A stretch of 64,000 nt of DNA. Origin: the human T2T-CHM13v2.0 reference genome, Homo sapiens. The DNA lies in NCBI RefSeq assembly GCF_009914755.1, contig NC_060934.1; one strand, 5' to 3'. The translations under genes and the position numbers were made by a program. Below the pieces are notes generated by a model that was not told the origin of the DNA, did no database searches, and saw only the letters and a list, made by a program, of their open reading frames with translations. Every line of letters starts with the position of its first letter. Positions within the stretch are counted from its first letter, which is position 1. This document shows positions 30,634-47,505 of this stretch, piece by piece.

Positions 30634-31181
30634 CAGTTGGCCCTTGAACAACGCAGGGTTAGGAATGCTGACCCCCATGCTGTTGAAAATCCATGTCAAA
30701 CTTTCTACTCCTCAAAAACTTAGCTACTAATAGCCTAGTTTTGACCAGAAGCCTTACTAATAACATGAACAGTTGATTAACACATATTTTGTATATTATG
30801 TGTATTACATACTGTATTCTTACAATAAAGTAAGCTAGAGAAAAAAAAATGTTATTAAGCAAATCATGGCCGGGGGCAGTGGCTCATGCGTGTAATCCCA
30901 ACACTTTGGGAGACTGAGGCGGGAGGATCACTTGCACCTAGGAGTTTGAAGCCAGCCTGGGCAACATAGTGAGACCCTGTCTCCAAATAATAAATAAATA
31001 AAATCATAAGGAAGAGAAAATATATTTACTATTCATTAAGTTGAAGTGGATCATCATAAAAATCTTTGTCCTTGTCTTCATGTTGAGTAGGCTGAGGAGG
31101 AGGAAAGGGAGGGGTTGGTCTTGCTGTCTCAGTGGCAGAGGTGGAAGAAAACTCGAACCCATGTTGTTCAAGGGTCAACCG
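30634..31181. mobile_element. Tigger2a DNA transposon (non-autonomous), with nested Alu monomer at 30868-31003
   Basis: Terminal inverted repeats cagttggcccttgaacaac ... gttgttcaagggtcaaccg followed by TA; body matches the recalled Tigger2a consensus. Confidence 0.85.
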
Positions 31182-31210
31182 TATGATGACAGTAATAAGT
31201 ACCTACTCTC

Positions 31211-31512
31211 CGGCCAAGCATGGTGGCTCACACCTGTAATTCTAGCACTTTGGGAGGCTGAGGTGGGTGGATCACGAGGTCAGGAGATCAAGACCATCCT
31301 GGCTAACGTGGTGAAACCCCATCTCTACTAAAAATACAAAAAAAAAAAAATTACCTGGGCATGGTGGTAGGCGCCTGTAGTCCCAGCTACTCAGGAGGCT
31401 GAGGCAGGAGAATGGCATGAACCCAGGAGGCAGAGCTTGCAGTGAGTTGCGATCCGCCACTGCACTCCAGCCTGGGCAACGAGCGAGACTCCGTCTCAAA
31501 AAAAAAAAAAAA
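31211..31512 (+). mobile_element. Alu (AluY-like)
   Basis: gatcacgaggtcaggagatcaagaccatcctggctaac, gagaatggcatgaacc. Confidence 0.93.
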
Positions 31513-31546
31513 GACCTACTTTCTATTCTCTGGTAAGTATGGGGCT

Positions 31547-31615
31547 CGTGTGGGTGTGTGTGTGTGTGTGTGTGTGTGGGTGTGGGTGTGTGTGTGTGGG
31601 TGTGTGTGTGTGTGT
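31547..31615. repeat. (GT)n microsatellite, interrupted
   Basis: gtgtgggtgtgtgtgtgtgtg... Confidence 0.9.
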
Positions 31616-31975
31616 CTTAAGCAAGAGCCTTGTGGGGCTTGGTGCTAGGACATCGCCTGGGCTGTTAGGTGATTTGTTCTGTGTAATAATATATAACACG
31701 TATGTGTTAGGTGATTTATTAGGATAATCTTCTTGATTATATTTGTGTGTATCTTTAATCCCCCTAATCTCCCTTAGATGTGTGGCTGGGAACACTCCCT
31801 GCCTCCTAGAAGAGACTAGAATGCTTAAGGCATTTGCCCAAGGTCACTTAGCGCTTTAGTTAATGATGAAGCTGATGTTCAAGCCCAAGTCTGCCTGAGG
31901 ACAGAACCTGTGCCTTCAGCACCTGCGTGTCTCTGTTCTAGGCCTGCCAGGTAGCTCAGTAAAGGGTAACTATAA

Positions 31976-32263
<288 letters not shown>

Positions 32264-32444
32264 TAACCATTAGCTTCATCCAACAGTGGAATAGGCTTCT
32301 TTGTGGCATGGTGAACACCTCAGTTCAGGAGGTGCACAGAGGCTGAATTGCCCCCCAGCTGGGGTGACTGTGGGGTAGTTGGTGAGTCTCCATCACTGAG
32401 CTCCAAGCCAGCCATGCTGAATTAGAGTCTTGAGCTGGTGCCTA

Positions 32445-32774
<330 letters not shown>

Positions 32775-33058
32775 GCTGACAGAAGACCAGGGCACGCAGT
32801 CAGGTGTGGATAGCACTGGCCCAGCTGTCCTGGGAGGGCTCAGCTCTTAGATTCTGTTCCTCTCTAGTGGGCAATGGGAGGTTGGTAGCTCCTCCCGCCT
32901 TGCTCCTGCCGCGTGTTTTCCTTGCTGCTTTTCCCATTGGCATATTCTTCAGAGCTGTGCATTCAGCTCCTGATATTTTCATATTCTAGTTATAATTCAG
33001 CTTCCACTGGTGGTGGAGTAGTTTGGCAGAAAGAATTTACTGTGCCCCACTGCCACCT

Positions 33059-33112
33059 CACACACACACTCTCTCTCTCTCTCTCTGTCTGTCTCTGTCT
33101 CCGTCTCTCTCT
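33059..33112. repeat. (CA)n(CT)n microsatellite
   Basis: cacacacacactctctctctctctctctgtctgtctctgtc. Confidence 0.85.
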
Positions 33113-33552
33113 CGGGAAACAGCTGTCGGGTCTGGGACAAGTCACGTCACCTTTCAGCCTTGGTTTCCTTGTCTGTAAAATAAAGTGGCTAGGGCAGAAG
33201 ACTTTAAGGTCGCTCCCAGCTTCAGGACTCTGCCATACTCGGGGGACATGCCCCCTTGGAGTGGTGCATGTCTGAGCGCTCGTGGCAGTTGACACCCAGT
33301 GGGACAGAGTCCCAGTGTCAGAAGTCAGGCTGTGCCGTTCGCTTCTAGGCACCTGGCTGCCGTGCCGGTGCCCGTTGGGTCCTCATCTTTACCAGCAGTG
33401 AGGGAGGTTGGACTGCTATGTCCAGCAGTAAAAAGCACAGTGGCTGAGAAAACCTACCTCCCCTTCCTGGAGTCCTGAGGTAGCAAAGGGAGCCAGCCAG
33501 ATACAGGAGACCTTTCTAGCAACCTCTGGGGAGTTCCTGTTTTATTTATTAG

Positions 33553-34031
<479 letters not shown>

Positions 34032-34683
34032 TCGCAGTTTTCATTTTTCAAAATCACAGCAACTTTATGGAAAAAAAAAAAAAAGTAACCTTTAATTGTG
34101 TAATGGTTAAAGCATTACTGACTCGGCTTGGTTACCAATGACAATAGCTACTGTCTTTTCAGCACTGGGCAGAGTGGTCTCACTTAATCCTTACAGCAGT
34201 CCCATGAGGTGGGAGTTACATGCTCTTTTTACAGATGGAAACACCAAAGCTTAGGTTGGTGAGGTCATCCACCCGTGGTCACAAAGGTGGTTAGCAGCCA
34301 AAGAAAACCCCCACTGTCCATCTCTGAAGCCCACATGTGAGTAGCCAGATTGCAGAGAGAGGCTACAGTGTCTTTTTACACATACATAATTATCCATGAT
34401 CCAGGTTGCCAGAAAGCACATGTAATCAGGGTTCCCTCCAGAGCTGCTAACGCTGGAACTGCTCGTATTCAAGCCAGGACTCTGGCTGCACTTGAGAGCA
34501 AACACATCAGTACGTGGCAAAGATGAGAGTGTGTTGACTGCAGGAAAGGGACATAGGTGCTTAAAACAAGGGAAGTGCGGTAATTCCCACCTATGTCTTA
34601 CTCTGCTTGTGAAGTATAGTATTCTCTCCAAAGCAGCCTCAGAAAACATGTTAGTTGCATGGCAGGATAGAACCCTAGAGTCA

Positions 34684-35014
<331 letters not shown>

Positions 35015-37371
35015 TCAGATAGGCCAGTTTTCCTCTGGAAATGGGTCGGGGGATGGCTGGTCAGTGCCCAGCTCTGGGAGACCACCCTTCCCCGAGCCCG
35101 GCCAGATGTGGCCAGGGCCCCCAGGCTGGACTCACGGACCAGAGAGCAGAAAAAGGCCTGCTCTCCCTGAGCCCAGCCAGGCAGCCGACCCCGTGAATGT
35201 GTACGTTGTATGCAGCACCATGAAAGCACACCCTGTCTCACGCATGTGTGCCCCCTTGTCCGTATCTGTGGCTGCCCGCACACTGAGGCCTTGGGTAGGT
35301 CTGTTTCTCTTGGCTGCAATTTTGTCTCTCTCATGGCCACAGAGGATCCGGGCCTGCCTCCTCCAGCAGGTTTCCTCACTGTACACCTACCTCAGTGACT
35401 GGTTTTGTCCCTCCTGGACTCCCACCTCCACCCACTCCCTTTCTTTCTGCCTCTTCCTATTCAGTGAGGCTTGTTCACAAAACATAGTCCTCTGTTCCCC
35501 CTTTGCAGGGGTTTCTTGCAGACAGCTCTGTCTACTCTCCCATCTGATCTGTGCCTCCCCTCTCCAGCTCCTCCTTCTTTTCCTAAACTGCCTGCCCATT
35601 TCACTCGCCCGTGCAGCATGCCAGGCATTAACTCTGTCTGTAGGATCAAAAAGATGAACTGGAGGATGTCCCAGCCTCAGGCAGACAAACAAGATCATTG
35701 CAGAGAATTTCTGTTGCCATGGGCTGGGCATCATCCTAGAGCCGAGAAGGGGGCTCTCAGGGGTGCCACCCTGCCTTGATCCTTCAGCTCTGCTCAGGAC
35801 CACCTGGGACCCACTGTACCTCTAGAGATGCCCGGTAAGAAGCCTGGCCCATCACTTAGCAACTGGCTCCACCCCTTTCCCTCCCTGAGCTGGGGCCCGA
35901 GAGGAGGAAAGGCCCACAGGCCTGTAAAGAGGCCACCAAATCCCAGAGCATGGGAGGCCCCAGCTGACCAGAGCTGGGCCAGCACTTTCCCTTCAAAAGT
36001 TACCTAGGCTCTGAGGGTCATCTCTGCTAAGTCTAACTATAAATATCGCGCTTCCTGAAGGGATTACCTGGGCACCACACCCCCTGGCTCCCCCCTCCCC
36101 GCCTGGGCTGATCCTTCTTCTGGGCCCTGTGTTCTTCCTGACCCCTTGTTCCCGCTGCCAGGTGGGACACTTCAGACTACCTGTGTTTCAGCTGTGACTG
36201 CTGGGGTGGGAGGAGAGAAACAAGAGATTCGAGTCTGTATCCTGGCCAGAGGGCCCTTGCCGGCCAGCTGTTGGGACAAGGAGGCTCTTGTTCCTGCCTT
36301 CTCCCGTCTGGTGTGAGAGCCGTGTCTCTCACACCAGCCAGAGCAAGCCCAGACTTGTCACATAATCGGTGCATCTGGGAAGGACACTGTTGGCCCCATC
36401 CCTGGAGTAAGGGCCTGGGGACAGAACTTGGTAACCGAGTGTGGAACAGCTTGGGGATTGCCGCAGGTATAAATAGGGCTGTTTCCTGGCTTGGGTGGCC
36501 TGACTGGGGAAATCTCTGCTCCCTTTGGCTGGTCTCAGATTTGGTGTCACATCCCAGTGGCTCACTTATTCCAGTCCCTGAAGTCACAAGAACCATCTCC
36601 TGGGGTCTGAGATCAAGAATTGAAGGAGGGGCCAGCCCGCTGCAGACCTCTCCCCTGCCTCCGCCTGCCTCCCTGCTGCTGCAGGAGCTGTAACTCCTCC
36701 ACCCCTCCCCACCTGCTCACGGCGCCTCGGTCAGTTCCTTTCTCAATTCAGCAGGTACTTGCTGAGAACCGCGCTGGGCCAGGCACTGTGTGAGGCAGTG
36801 GGATCTATTCAGCTAGGGTCTGCCATCCTTCCTTGTGTTTTTGGAATCTCCTCTTCTGTGTAGCCATCCTGAGTTCAGCAGTGTGAATTGAGTGGTGGGA
36901 GTAAACACACACACACGCATACACACTCACACTCATAGATGCACACCAGCTCTGGGCAACTTGGAGAGGACCTTAAATGCTCTGTCTCCCACTCTCCTTT
37001 CGGTGCCCTCCCTTGGGGTGATATCACCAGACACCATTCATTATTGAGGCCAAACCACAGCATCCACCATCATTATCCTCCTCCAGCCCAGACGTAGTGC
37101 CCTCTTGCTCTCTTCCCTCCCAAATCAGCTCTCAGCAGCACCTCTGGAGACCATGTGTTGAACTGTTTGTTAAGATGTGGCTGGGCATGCCATTTCCACT
37201 CCTGTTTTGCTGTGTTTACAAATAGGTTCTTAAGTCAGATCAAGTACATACCCCAGCCCAGCCCCTGTAACTGGTTCCATGGGTGTGAGGTAGGCCCTGA
37301 GAATCTGTCTTTTGAACCAGCACCCCAGGAGATCCTAATACGGGAGGTTTCGACAACTCTTTGGGACCCTA

Positions 37372-37557
<186 letters not shown>

Positions 37558-38082
37558 TTAAACAAAAAATGTCTTTTGGTGTCCTCTGCCCAGCACAATT
37601 GCGGAAACGCATGCTTTTTGTGGGTGTGTTGCTCTGCTGCCTCCCCGTGCAGGTTGTATGCCTTTGTCAGCTTCATTAAGGACAGGAACCATTTCTGTTA
37701 CTCTGTCTTTGACCTGAAGCTTATCTAGGACAGGAGATGTAAGTAGAAGCTACTAAATGCTCCTGCTGCTGAAACCAGCAGAGCCTGCCTGGCCCTGGAC
37801 AAAGCCTCCAGGAGCTGTCAGTAACTGATATCCTACAGGGTATGGGCTTAGCAAGTCAGCACCACCGTCGGCTCCCCAAACTCTTCCCACTTTTCCATGG
37901 CTGCACCCCAGAACTCCAAGTATCCTCTTTCCTTATTAACAACTTTTATGGTATTATTCTTATTATTAAAGTAATACATTCTTATTGTAGAAAACTTGGA
38001 AAATATAAACCAAGAAGAAATCATCGGTAACTGCCAATGAAGTATAACCACTGTTTACATTTTGATATAAATTCTTCCAGCC

Positions 38083-38873
<791 letters not shown>

Positions 38874-39162
38874 CAATACATACTTTTTTTGAATCAAAAG
38901 CTGGAGCACTGTGCGCTTGCTGTTTGAGACCTTTTTTCACTGTATGGTGGACGTTTTCCCGTGTTAGCATCCTACCTCACCATCACAGAGTGGCTGCCGC
39001 TGATGCCTCGAGTGGATGCCCATATTTTATGTAGCCTTTCTCCTGGCCATGTGCATTAGGTTGTTCCTAGCTTTAACCTGTTAAAAAGGTGCTGAGTTAA
39101 ACAGCTTTGTAGATAAGTCTTCACCACACACTTGTGATTATTTTCTTCGAATAAATTATTAG

Positions 39163-39612
<450 letters not shown>

Positions 39613-39853
39613 TAAGTAAATGAAATTAATATGTTCATCATCGACTTGTCTATATGCTTAGATGAAAAACTTCCTTTTCTGTGTTTGTCTGTATCAGTGG
39701 CTAAGATTGTAAGCACCCGTGTATAGGGCTGCAAATGTTTGGGCATGTCTCCTATACACACTTACCTCTGGGCCTGGAGAACTTGGTGAGTTGTTTTTGT
39801 ACAGCGTTTGACCCACTGATGAAGAGAGCCAACACCAGCCCAGAGGTGCTGCG

Positions 39854-39869
39854 GCTGCCCTCTGCTGGC
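39854..39869 (-). promoter_or_regulatory. CTCF core motif
   Basis: Minus strand reads GCCAGCAGAGGGCAGC, a close match to the CTCF consensus CC(A/G)(C/G)(C/T)AG(A/G)(T/G)GGC(A/G). Confidence 0.5.
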
Positions 39870-40396
39870 TCTGAGGTGCAGTGATGACTGGGAAGGCAAC
39901 GGTTGGACTCCTGGGCTCAGCTTACATTAACCCTGCCTGCCCCCTCCCCCTCACCAGCCCATTGTAAGATTTTCAGCCACAGAGGCCCTACCTGGAGGGT
40001 GAGGAGTTTGTCACCGCTGTATCCTGGGTCACTGCATTAATTAGGCGCTGTTAATACTTGCAGAGGCTCACTCACAGTAACTGTCAGTGGGAGAGAAGCA
40101 TAGAAGTGACTGCTAGCAAAGCTGGCTGCTGTTGTGTAGCGGGGAGGGGACCCTGAAGGCTACTCTGGGGGAGCTTGAGAGGTTTGCAAGCCAAGGCAGC
40201 ATCCTTCAGGCACGTGTGTGGCCTCCTGAGGTGATGACTTTGAAAGGGGCCACCATGGAGCTGTGTTTATTTTAAAGGTCAGTTCTTTAGTCTTCTCAAG
40301 AGAAAATGAGATGCATGGACACAGTTACAGCTCAGGTGTCCTTGTAGTCACAGTCCAGCAACCTCACTTGTTGGGCATAGAGCCCAAAAGTGAACA

Positions 40397-41098
<702 letters not shown>

Positions 41099-41635
41099 TG
41101 ACAGCTTGGTCGTGCCCTTTCTCAACCCTTGGTAGATTAGGAGTGGTCCATGAGCTGGGCCTGCCCTCTCCCCATGTTAGGAGCAGCAGACAGACGAGAC
41201 CAGTAAGAAGTGCAATCTGGCAAAGAGGAAGGAGGCAGGGAAACTGTAGAATCAGCTCAAGAATTTAAAATGCCATTGAAGCTAAACAGCTGTTTAGGGA
41301 AGAGGCAGAAGTCCCATACCCAAGGATCCCTGAGGGAGTCACTGTATAATGATTGTGACTCCTGGTGGATCAAAGCTCTCATTAGGGGGTCATCCCTGCT
41401 AAATAATGAAAGAGAAAAGGAGTCCAGAAATCATGAAATGGAGCAACTTCCTTGGTCAAGGCATAAACACCTCCAGGCTAAACTTCATAAAAAATATCTA
41501 GATGAAATTGTAACCTTCAGTTTCTTCAGTGTCTCCTTTCTGTCCCTCATATTTAAGCCTTTGATTAACCTGGTTTTGATTTTTGTGGCTCACGTGAGGT
41601 GGGGATTGGAGTTCATGTTTCCATCATAGTCCCAG

Positions 41636-42116
41636 TGTAGCAGGACGAGCCACAGACAAAACCTCTCAGACACCGAGTTGTAGAAGGAAGGGCTTTATTC
41701 AGCTGGGAGCATCGGCAAGCTACTGCCTTAAAATCCGAGCTCCCCAAATGCACAATTTCTATCCCTTTTAAGGGCTCACAACACTAAAGATTTCACATGA
41801 AAGGGTTGTGATTGATTTGAGCAAGCAGGTGGTACGTGACAGGGGCTGCATGCACCGGTGGTCAGAGAGAAACAGAACAGGGCAGGGAGTTTCGCAGTGT
41901 TCTTCTATACAATGTCTGGAATCTATGAATGACATCGGTTTCTAAGTTATGAGTTGAGTTTTAACTGCTGGGTTTAGGCCAGGCAGGCCAGGCGTGGTTT
42001 CGGGCCTGGCGCTGGGCTGCCTGTCTTTGGTTTTACTTCCTTGTTGTTTTTTCTTAAAATGGTTACTGAGTATAAAACCATATAAAACAATATGAGAGGG
42101 TCTCTCTCTTCCCTCA
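41636..42116 (-). repeat. 3' LTR (LTR2B-like)
   Basis: Minus strand tgagggaagagagagaccctctcatattg...aataaagcccttcc...ctcgtcctgctaca. Confidence 0.92.
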
Positions 42117-42145
42117 TTTCCCCCCTTTGAGACTCTCACTTTTTA

Positions 42146-44200
42146 TTAGTGGGAGTTCTCACTCTTATTTTTGCTACTTATGTCTTTTTGTGCAATAGAT
42201 TGATAGTGATTTATATAGTATGCTTGTGCTGAAGCATTTTGGTGAACTAAGGTAGTGACGAAGTTTTTTATCATTTGGAGAAATACAGGTATCAGACAAG
42301 GGAGCAGTAAGCAGGTTCCTATTACTATTATTACTCTTATTATAAGAGTTTTAAATTCTTCTATTGCTGGGAACCAATTTCCAAACATGGCTCCCAGATT
42401 GAGTCCATGCCACACTTGCATGGGGGCATGTGCCAGTTTTGTTATATCTTTAACTATATCCTCAACTACTTGCCTGTGACCATCTATGTGTAGACAACAA
42501 TTAGTAAGGTTAAATTTTTCACAAACACCTTCTTCAGCTGCTAGCAAGTACTCAAGAGCTAGTCTATTTTGATAGATAGCATTTCTCATCAGAGTCTCTT
42601 GCCAGGCAAGAACAGTCAAGTCTTGACCGGTTTTATTAGTAATAATTTCTAAAACAGCTTGTAACTGTGTGATTCGGTTGAGCATGTAGATGGGGGTTCA
42701 ATATCCCCATGAGCCATCTTGTGCCAAAGTGGCTGGTCCATAGTATTATATGATTTTTTCAGGGGGCCATTTATCATCTTTCCAATCACCTATGGCTATG
42801 CTTCGTTTTTCGCGGGAAGCATAGACTGGGAAGCCCAGAAGTTTACCTGTTTTTATGGGCAGTAAGAAGAAAGATGACTTAATGGTGCCAATTACACAGC
42901 TACCTGTCCACTGATCAGGCAGCTTAGCATAAGCTCTGTGTCCACATATCCAGTATAACCTGGCGGGGGCCGTCCAGTCCCAGTGGAATTCTGGGTGGGC
43001 CCAAACAGTCTGCAACTTTGGAAATTTACTGAATGGATTTCTTTCTGTGTAATTGGAACTCCACCATGTAACTGTTTTTGTGGTACCATTTTACAGCTTT
43101 TGCCCAAGACAACTAAGCCGCCCTACAGGATGAGTGAATCCTTTTCCTTCTCTAGCTATGCAATACTGTCCAATAATTGAGACTTTTAGAACCCAAAAAT
43201 TGTCAGGGTGGTTCTTTGGGGCTAAGAATTCATCAGGAACTGGGTCTGTAGGAACTAAGTGTCGGACTTCCCATGGCCATTGATCTCCTGTTACGGTTCC
43301 AACACAAACATAACATGAGGTGACTTGTAGAGACTGGGCTACATGTTTGGCTAATTGCAAAAATAAATTTTTAGTTTTTCCTGGAATCTCAAGTACTGGC
43401 ACATTTAGTTCATCATAGAAAGTCTGAAATACTGTTTCTGGAGAGCGTTTTTGAACCTCTCTTTTTATTAGGATGCTTACACTAGGATCTAGTCCTTTTC
43501 CATCAATGCCTAATGTTGCATGTTTTTTTTTTAATTCCACTTTGGGTCTGAGGGGTTTGTGATTATCAATTCTAAAAGGTTGCAGCTCCCACTCGTGCAG
43601 GAGGGGCTGACTTTTCCTTTTTGGAGCTAAACAGGATCTTTTTTATCTTCTTTTCAAGTAGCCCAAATGACACAAGACCAGTACTGACACATCTCACATA
43701 AATATGATTCTTGACAGATATACTTATTTTTTTTTACTGTGTAACTTTTTTTTCCAATTTAGAGAACCGCATCCTATTCTATGCTGCTTACTATCAATAG
43801 TGGCGCAAGCATCAAATTTTAAGGTTACATTTTTGGGACCCCTCTTTCTTCTGTTCTAGCTGTTACCTTACTTGTGTCACCTAGAAAAGGACCAGTCCTT
43901 AATTTTATTTTAAAAACTGTGATCATGGGAGGCTTAAAATGGGTCATAACACACATCAGGTTGGTTATTTCCTGGGCTACATACCTTGGATAGAATAGCA
44001 TTATACAAACAAGTTTCTTTTAGAGTCCTGGTACACTTATAATAATCATAAAATAATAGGACTGTGGCAATCTTTTGTCTTACCTCAGTGACTTGATATA
44101 TATACTGGAAACAGTTCTCAGTCTGAGAAAGGTCAGTTGAAGTCCTTACTGTACAAGTCTAAATTTTAAGGAAAATGAGTCCTGTGATGAGTTTCCTCAT
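42146..44200 (-). pseudogene. HERV-E-type env pseudogene (SU disrupted; TM open 42685-42146)
   Basis: Start MRKLITGLIFLKI*T at 44200; SU CXXC (TSCYVC); furin site REKR; TM immunosuppressive domain [18 protein letters not shown] + CX7CC + hydrophobic anchor; multiple stops and frameshifts. Confidence 0.88.
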
Positions 44201-44269
44201 GCTTCGGCCGTGCATGGACCAGTCAGCTTCTGGGTGTGACTGGAGCAGGGCTTGTCGTCTTCTTCAGAG

Positions 44270-44845
44270 TCACTTTGCAGGGGTTGGCGAAGCTGCTCCC
44301 ATCCACGTACAGCTCCCAGTCTACTGATGTTTAAGGGTGGTCTTGGTGGTTGGGCCTACTAGAATAAACTGAATCCAATACTTCTACACAGTTATGTTTA
44401 ACTGGGCTCTCTGATACCAGGAGTAAGGTGGCGGGGTTAGGGTGTTGCAAACTTCAATGGTTATGCGGGGATCTTCACAGAGCAAGCTTTGGTATCTAGT
44501 TAGTCTAGCATTCGTTAGCTAATGATGTCCTTTGGTATTTATTAAAGTCACCACAGCCTGGGCATACTTTAGGTTTTGCTTAAGAGTTAGCTTATCTGCT
44601 TCTTGTGCTAACAGGGCCGTTGCTACCAGGGCCTTTGGACGTGGGGGCAGCCTTTGGAAACCCCATCTAGTTGTTTTGAGAGATAGGCCACTGCCCTTGG
44701 CCAGGACCCTACAGTCTGGGTTAAAACTCCAACTGCCATTTTTTCTCTTTCTGACACATAGAGTGTAAAGAGTTTTGTCAAGTCAGGTAGCCTCAGGGCT
44801 GGGGCCGACATGAATTTTTTTTTTTTTTTAACTCATGAAAAGCTC
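44270..44845 (-). pseudogene. pol remnant (RT connection / RNase H start)
   Basis: MSAPALRLPDLTKLFTLYVSEREKMAVGVLTQTVG..VAYLSKQLD and DWELYVDGSSF motifs. Confidence 0.8.
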
Positions 44846-45601
44846 TTGCTGTTGGGTGTAATAGATGTAGTTTATCTAATTTACATTTTTATTGACTGTC
44901 ATTTACCAAAATACTGACTTAAATCTTTTAACTATTTGATTTTAAGCTTTAAATTGATCTGGTATTCCTTGCGGGGCTTCGATTGCATCTAAATAGATGT
45001 GAGAGTTGAAAGACCTATAAGGGGCTTCTCTCGTTTTACGATGTCTTATTATTTTTTTTCTTCCTCTGGTTGATGAAATGCCAGGGTGAAAGGGATAGCC
45101 AAATGGACTAAAGCACAAGTGCCACTCTAGTTATTCAGCAGAGTGCCCAGTAAAGGTCCACCACAATACCACCACGCATCCGCTCGGGGATGAACAAGGG
45201 CTGACTGATTGATAAGCTCTTGAAAATTCTTAAGCTTGCTGCATCCCTTCAGGTCTCCACGGAATGCTAAGTCTCCTCCCTGCCATGAGAGACACGAAGT
45301 GAACTTAGTGTTGGGAGACGGAAGCTGGATGGCCCTCGGGGGCTGACCCACAGGGACTTCGGGATATAGCAGAGAGAGCTTGGCATGACTTATTACTCCA
45401 GGCTGTAGAATTCTGGAAAAGAGCTACCATGCAGCCCACGCCTGGTCGACTGGAGGACCACCTTAGTGGGAGGGGGACAATCAGGGTCTCTGGCCTGCCA
45501 TGTGCACAAGCATAACAATTGCATTTGTTTAAAGTGCAGATGGAATATTTGATCCATTTCAACCAGGCATTTGCATCTTGGTGTGCTGTCTTAATTGCCA
45601 A
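44846..45601 (-). pseudogene. Second, unrelated env fragment (ERV-Pb/PRIMA4-like SU/TM junction)
   Basis: NAWLKWIKYS..NCYACAHGRPE..VPLPL; RADAWWYCGG; SGTCALVHLAIPFTLA; HRKTR; TVNKNVN*INYIYY. Confidence 0.65.
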
Positions 45602-47482
45602 AGTTTGTTTTAAGTCTAACTTTTATGATCCTCTAGTAAAATGAATGTTTCCTTTAGCACCAATTTTTACTAGTTTTTAGACCAAAGAAAACTAAACACC
45701 ATTTTATATTTAATAATATTTCTTGTATGATTTTTATACCAGAGAAGCTAAATTTTACCTTTATATTAGTGTGTTATTAATATTAAACTTAATTTTAATA
45801 AAACCTTGTAGACATATTTATCCAATTTTTCATGTTTGACCATAAGGTAAGATTTTATAGACTCTTTTTAACCTTTTATAATTTTTGTAAAAGAGCAGGT
45901 TGATGCTTAAAGAAAAACCTGTTGCATTTTTACTTTAATGTCCAGTTCACCGAAAAACTGGATGATACCTTTTTAACTTTAGCTAATATGTTTACACACA
46001 GAATTTTCTTTATAATTAACGTTTTAAAACTTGCTTAAACTTTTAAAACATTAATTTTTTTAATCTTTTAATGTAGATAAAAATCCACATTTTTATGCCC
46101 CTTTATAATCTTTTTACCAAAAGTATATTTTACTTTTCTCATACACCTTGCACATAAACTGTTTTTTTTAATAGTCTTCAGGAGGCCTTATTACTTTTAA
46201 ATTATACAACATTTTTTGCATAAATTTTTTATAACATTTTTTCTTTCATGACTTTCACCAGCAATTCTTTAACATGTTTCAACTTTTTGACTTGTTACAA
46301 ACATTTTTTTTTTCTTTAAACAACCACTTAATTTATTTCAGGACAAGAATTTACCATATAACACTCTTTACATAAATTCTGCCTCACCCTTTTTTTGAAG
46401 ATAACCATTCCTTTTTTTAAAGCAAACTTTCTTTATGTCTTTGGACTAGACTGTCTAAGGCCACAAGATTAGAAGTTACCATAATACATGTTACACTGTT
46501 AACTTTTAGCAAACTTCAGTTTTGTTGAAAACCTTGTAAGTTTGGGATTTCAATCATCCTTTGCTATTAATAAGACCTTGTTTAGTCTAAATTAACTTAG
46601 AATTGGTATAGATGGCCTTTTTTTCTCTCTGCTGGTCTTTACTTGCCTCTGCCAGCTGCTTATGCTGCTGTTATTTTAACTACTGTGGAGGGGAAGGGGG
46701 TCTAAAACCAGCTGTAACTATGTATGGAAACTGGTCTGGGTGCCTTGGCTTACAGGTTACCTTGTGTCATACCTTTGAAACAAGGGACCTGTCCAGGCTT
46801 CCTTCTGATCGCCAACCCACCTCTAATGCTGGCCAGTCTATTTCACACAAAGTTCTAAGTTTTCCTGGTGTCACAGTAGCACTGTAATCTCCCTTAAATT
46901 CTTCCTTGAAATTTTTTTTTTAACATAGTTCCTAGTAGGGTGGGCTTATTTGTTCCTGGCCCATGCTTCTTTGAGACAAAACACCACGCTTACACCACAC
47001 ACACCCCACAAAACAAAAAACAGGTAAAAAGGGCACACACACACTTTTGCAGTTTACACCAAACCAAAATCAGAGTATCCAGAAATCCAAGCCAGGTCAA
47101 AACCAAAACCAAAACCAAAGTATCACACAATCTAAGTCAAGTCAAAACCAGAACAAAAGTACCAATGCAGGCACGTCGTGGGTGATCAGGCCACACTTCC
47201 ACTCAGATGGAGTGGGGCAAGTTCCAAAGACTAGTCTTACCAAGTTTCAGATGTCCGGACTCCAAGTACCGGTTCCTTCCTGGTGTTCAGCCACTGTGTT
47301 AATCCTCCGTGGGGGCCTGCTACGTGCTGCTCTGGTGAGGCGTTCCACCGGGTCAATTTCCTACCCGGGAGCGCTCTTTGGATTGCATCACTCAGGCTGG
47401 CCGGAGTTCCCCACAGGGATGCTCCACAGGGCAGGTCTAAGCCGTCTGAGGGGCTGCCTCAGCCGTCCGTGAGTTACCTCGT

Positions 47483-47500
47483 TTCCTGGTCAGGGAACCA
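47483..47500 (-). other. Primer binding site, tRNA-Glu
   Basis: Minus strand TGGTTCCCTGACCAGGAA, complementary to the tRNA-Glu 3' end with one mismatch, 5 nt after the 5' LTR. Confidence 0.9.
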
Positions 47501-47505
47501 AGAAA

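Noticed and set aside
47483-47500. tRNA-Glu 3' end on the + strand
   Set aside because: Only 18 nt; this is the retroviral PBS, not a tRNA gene.
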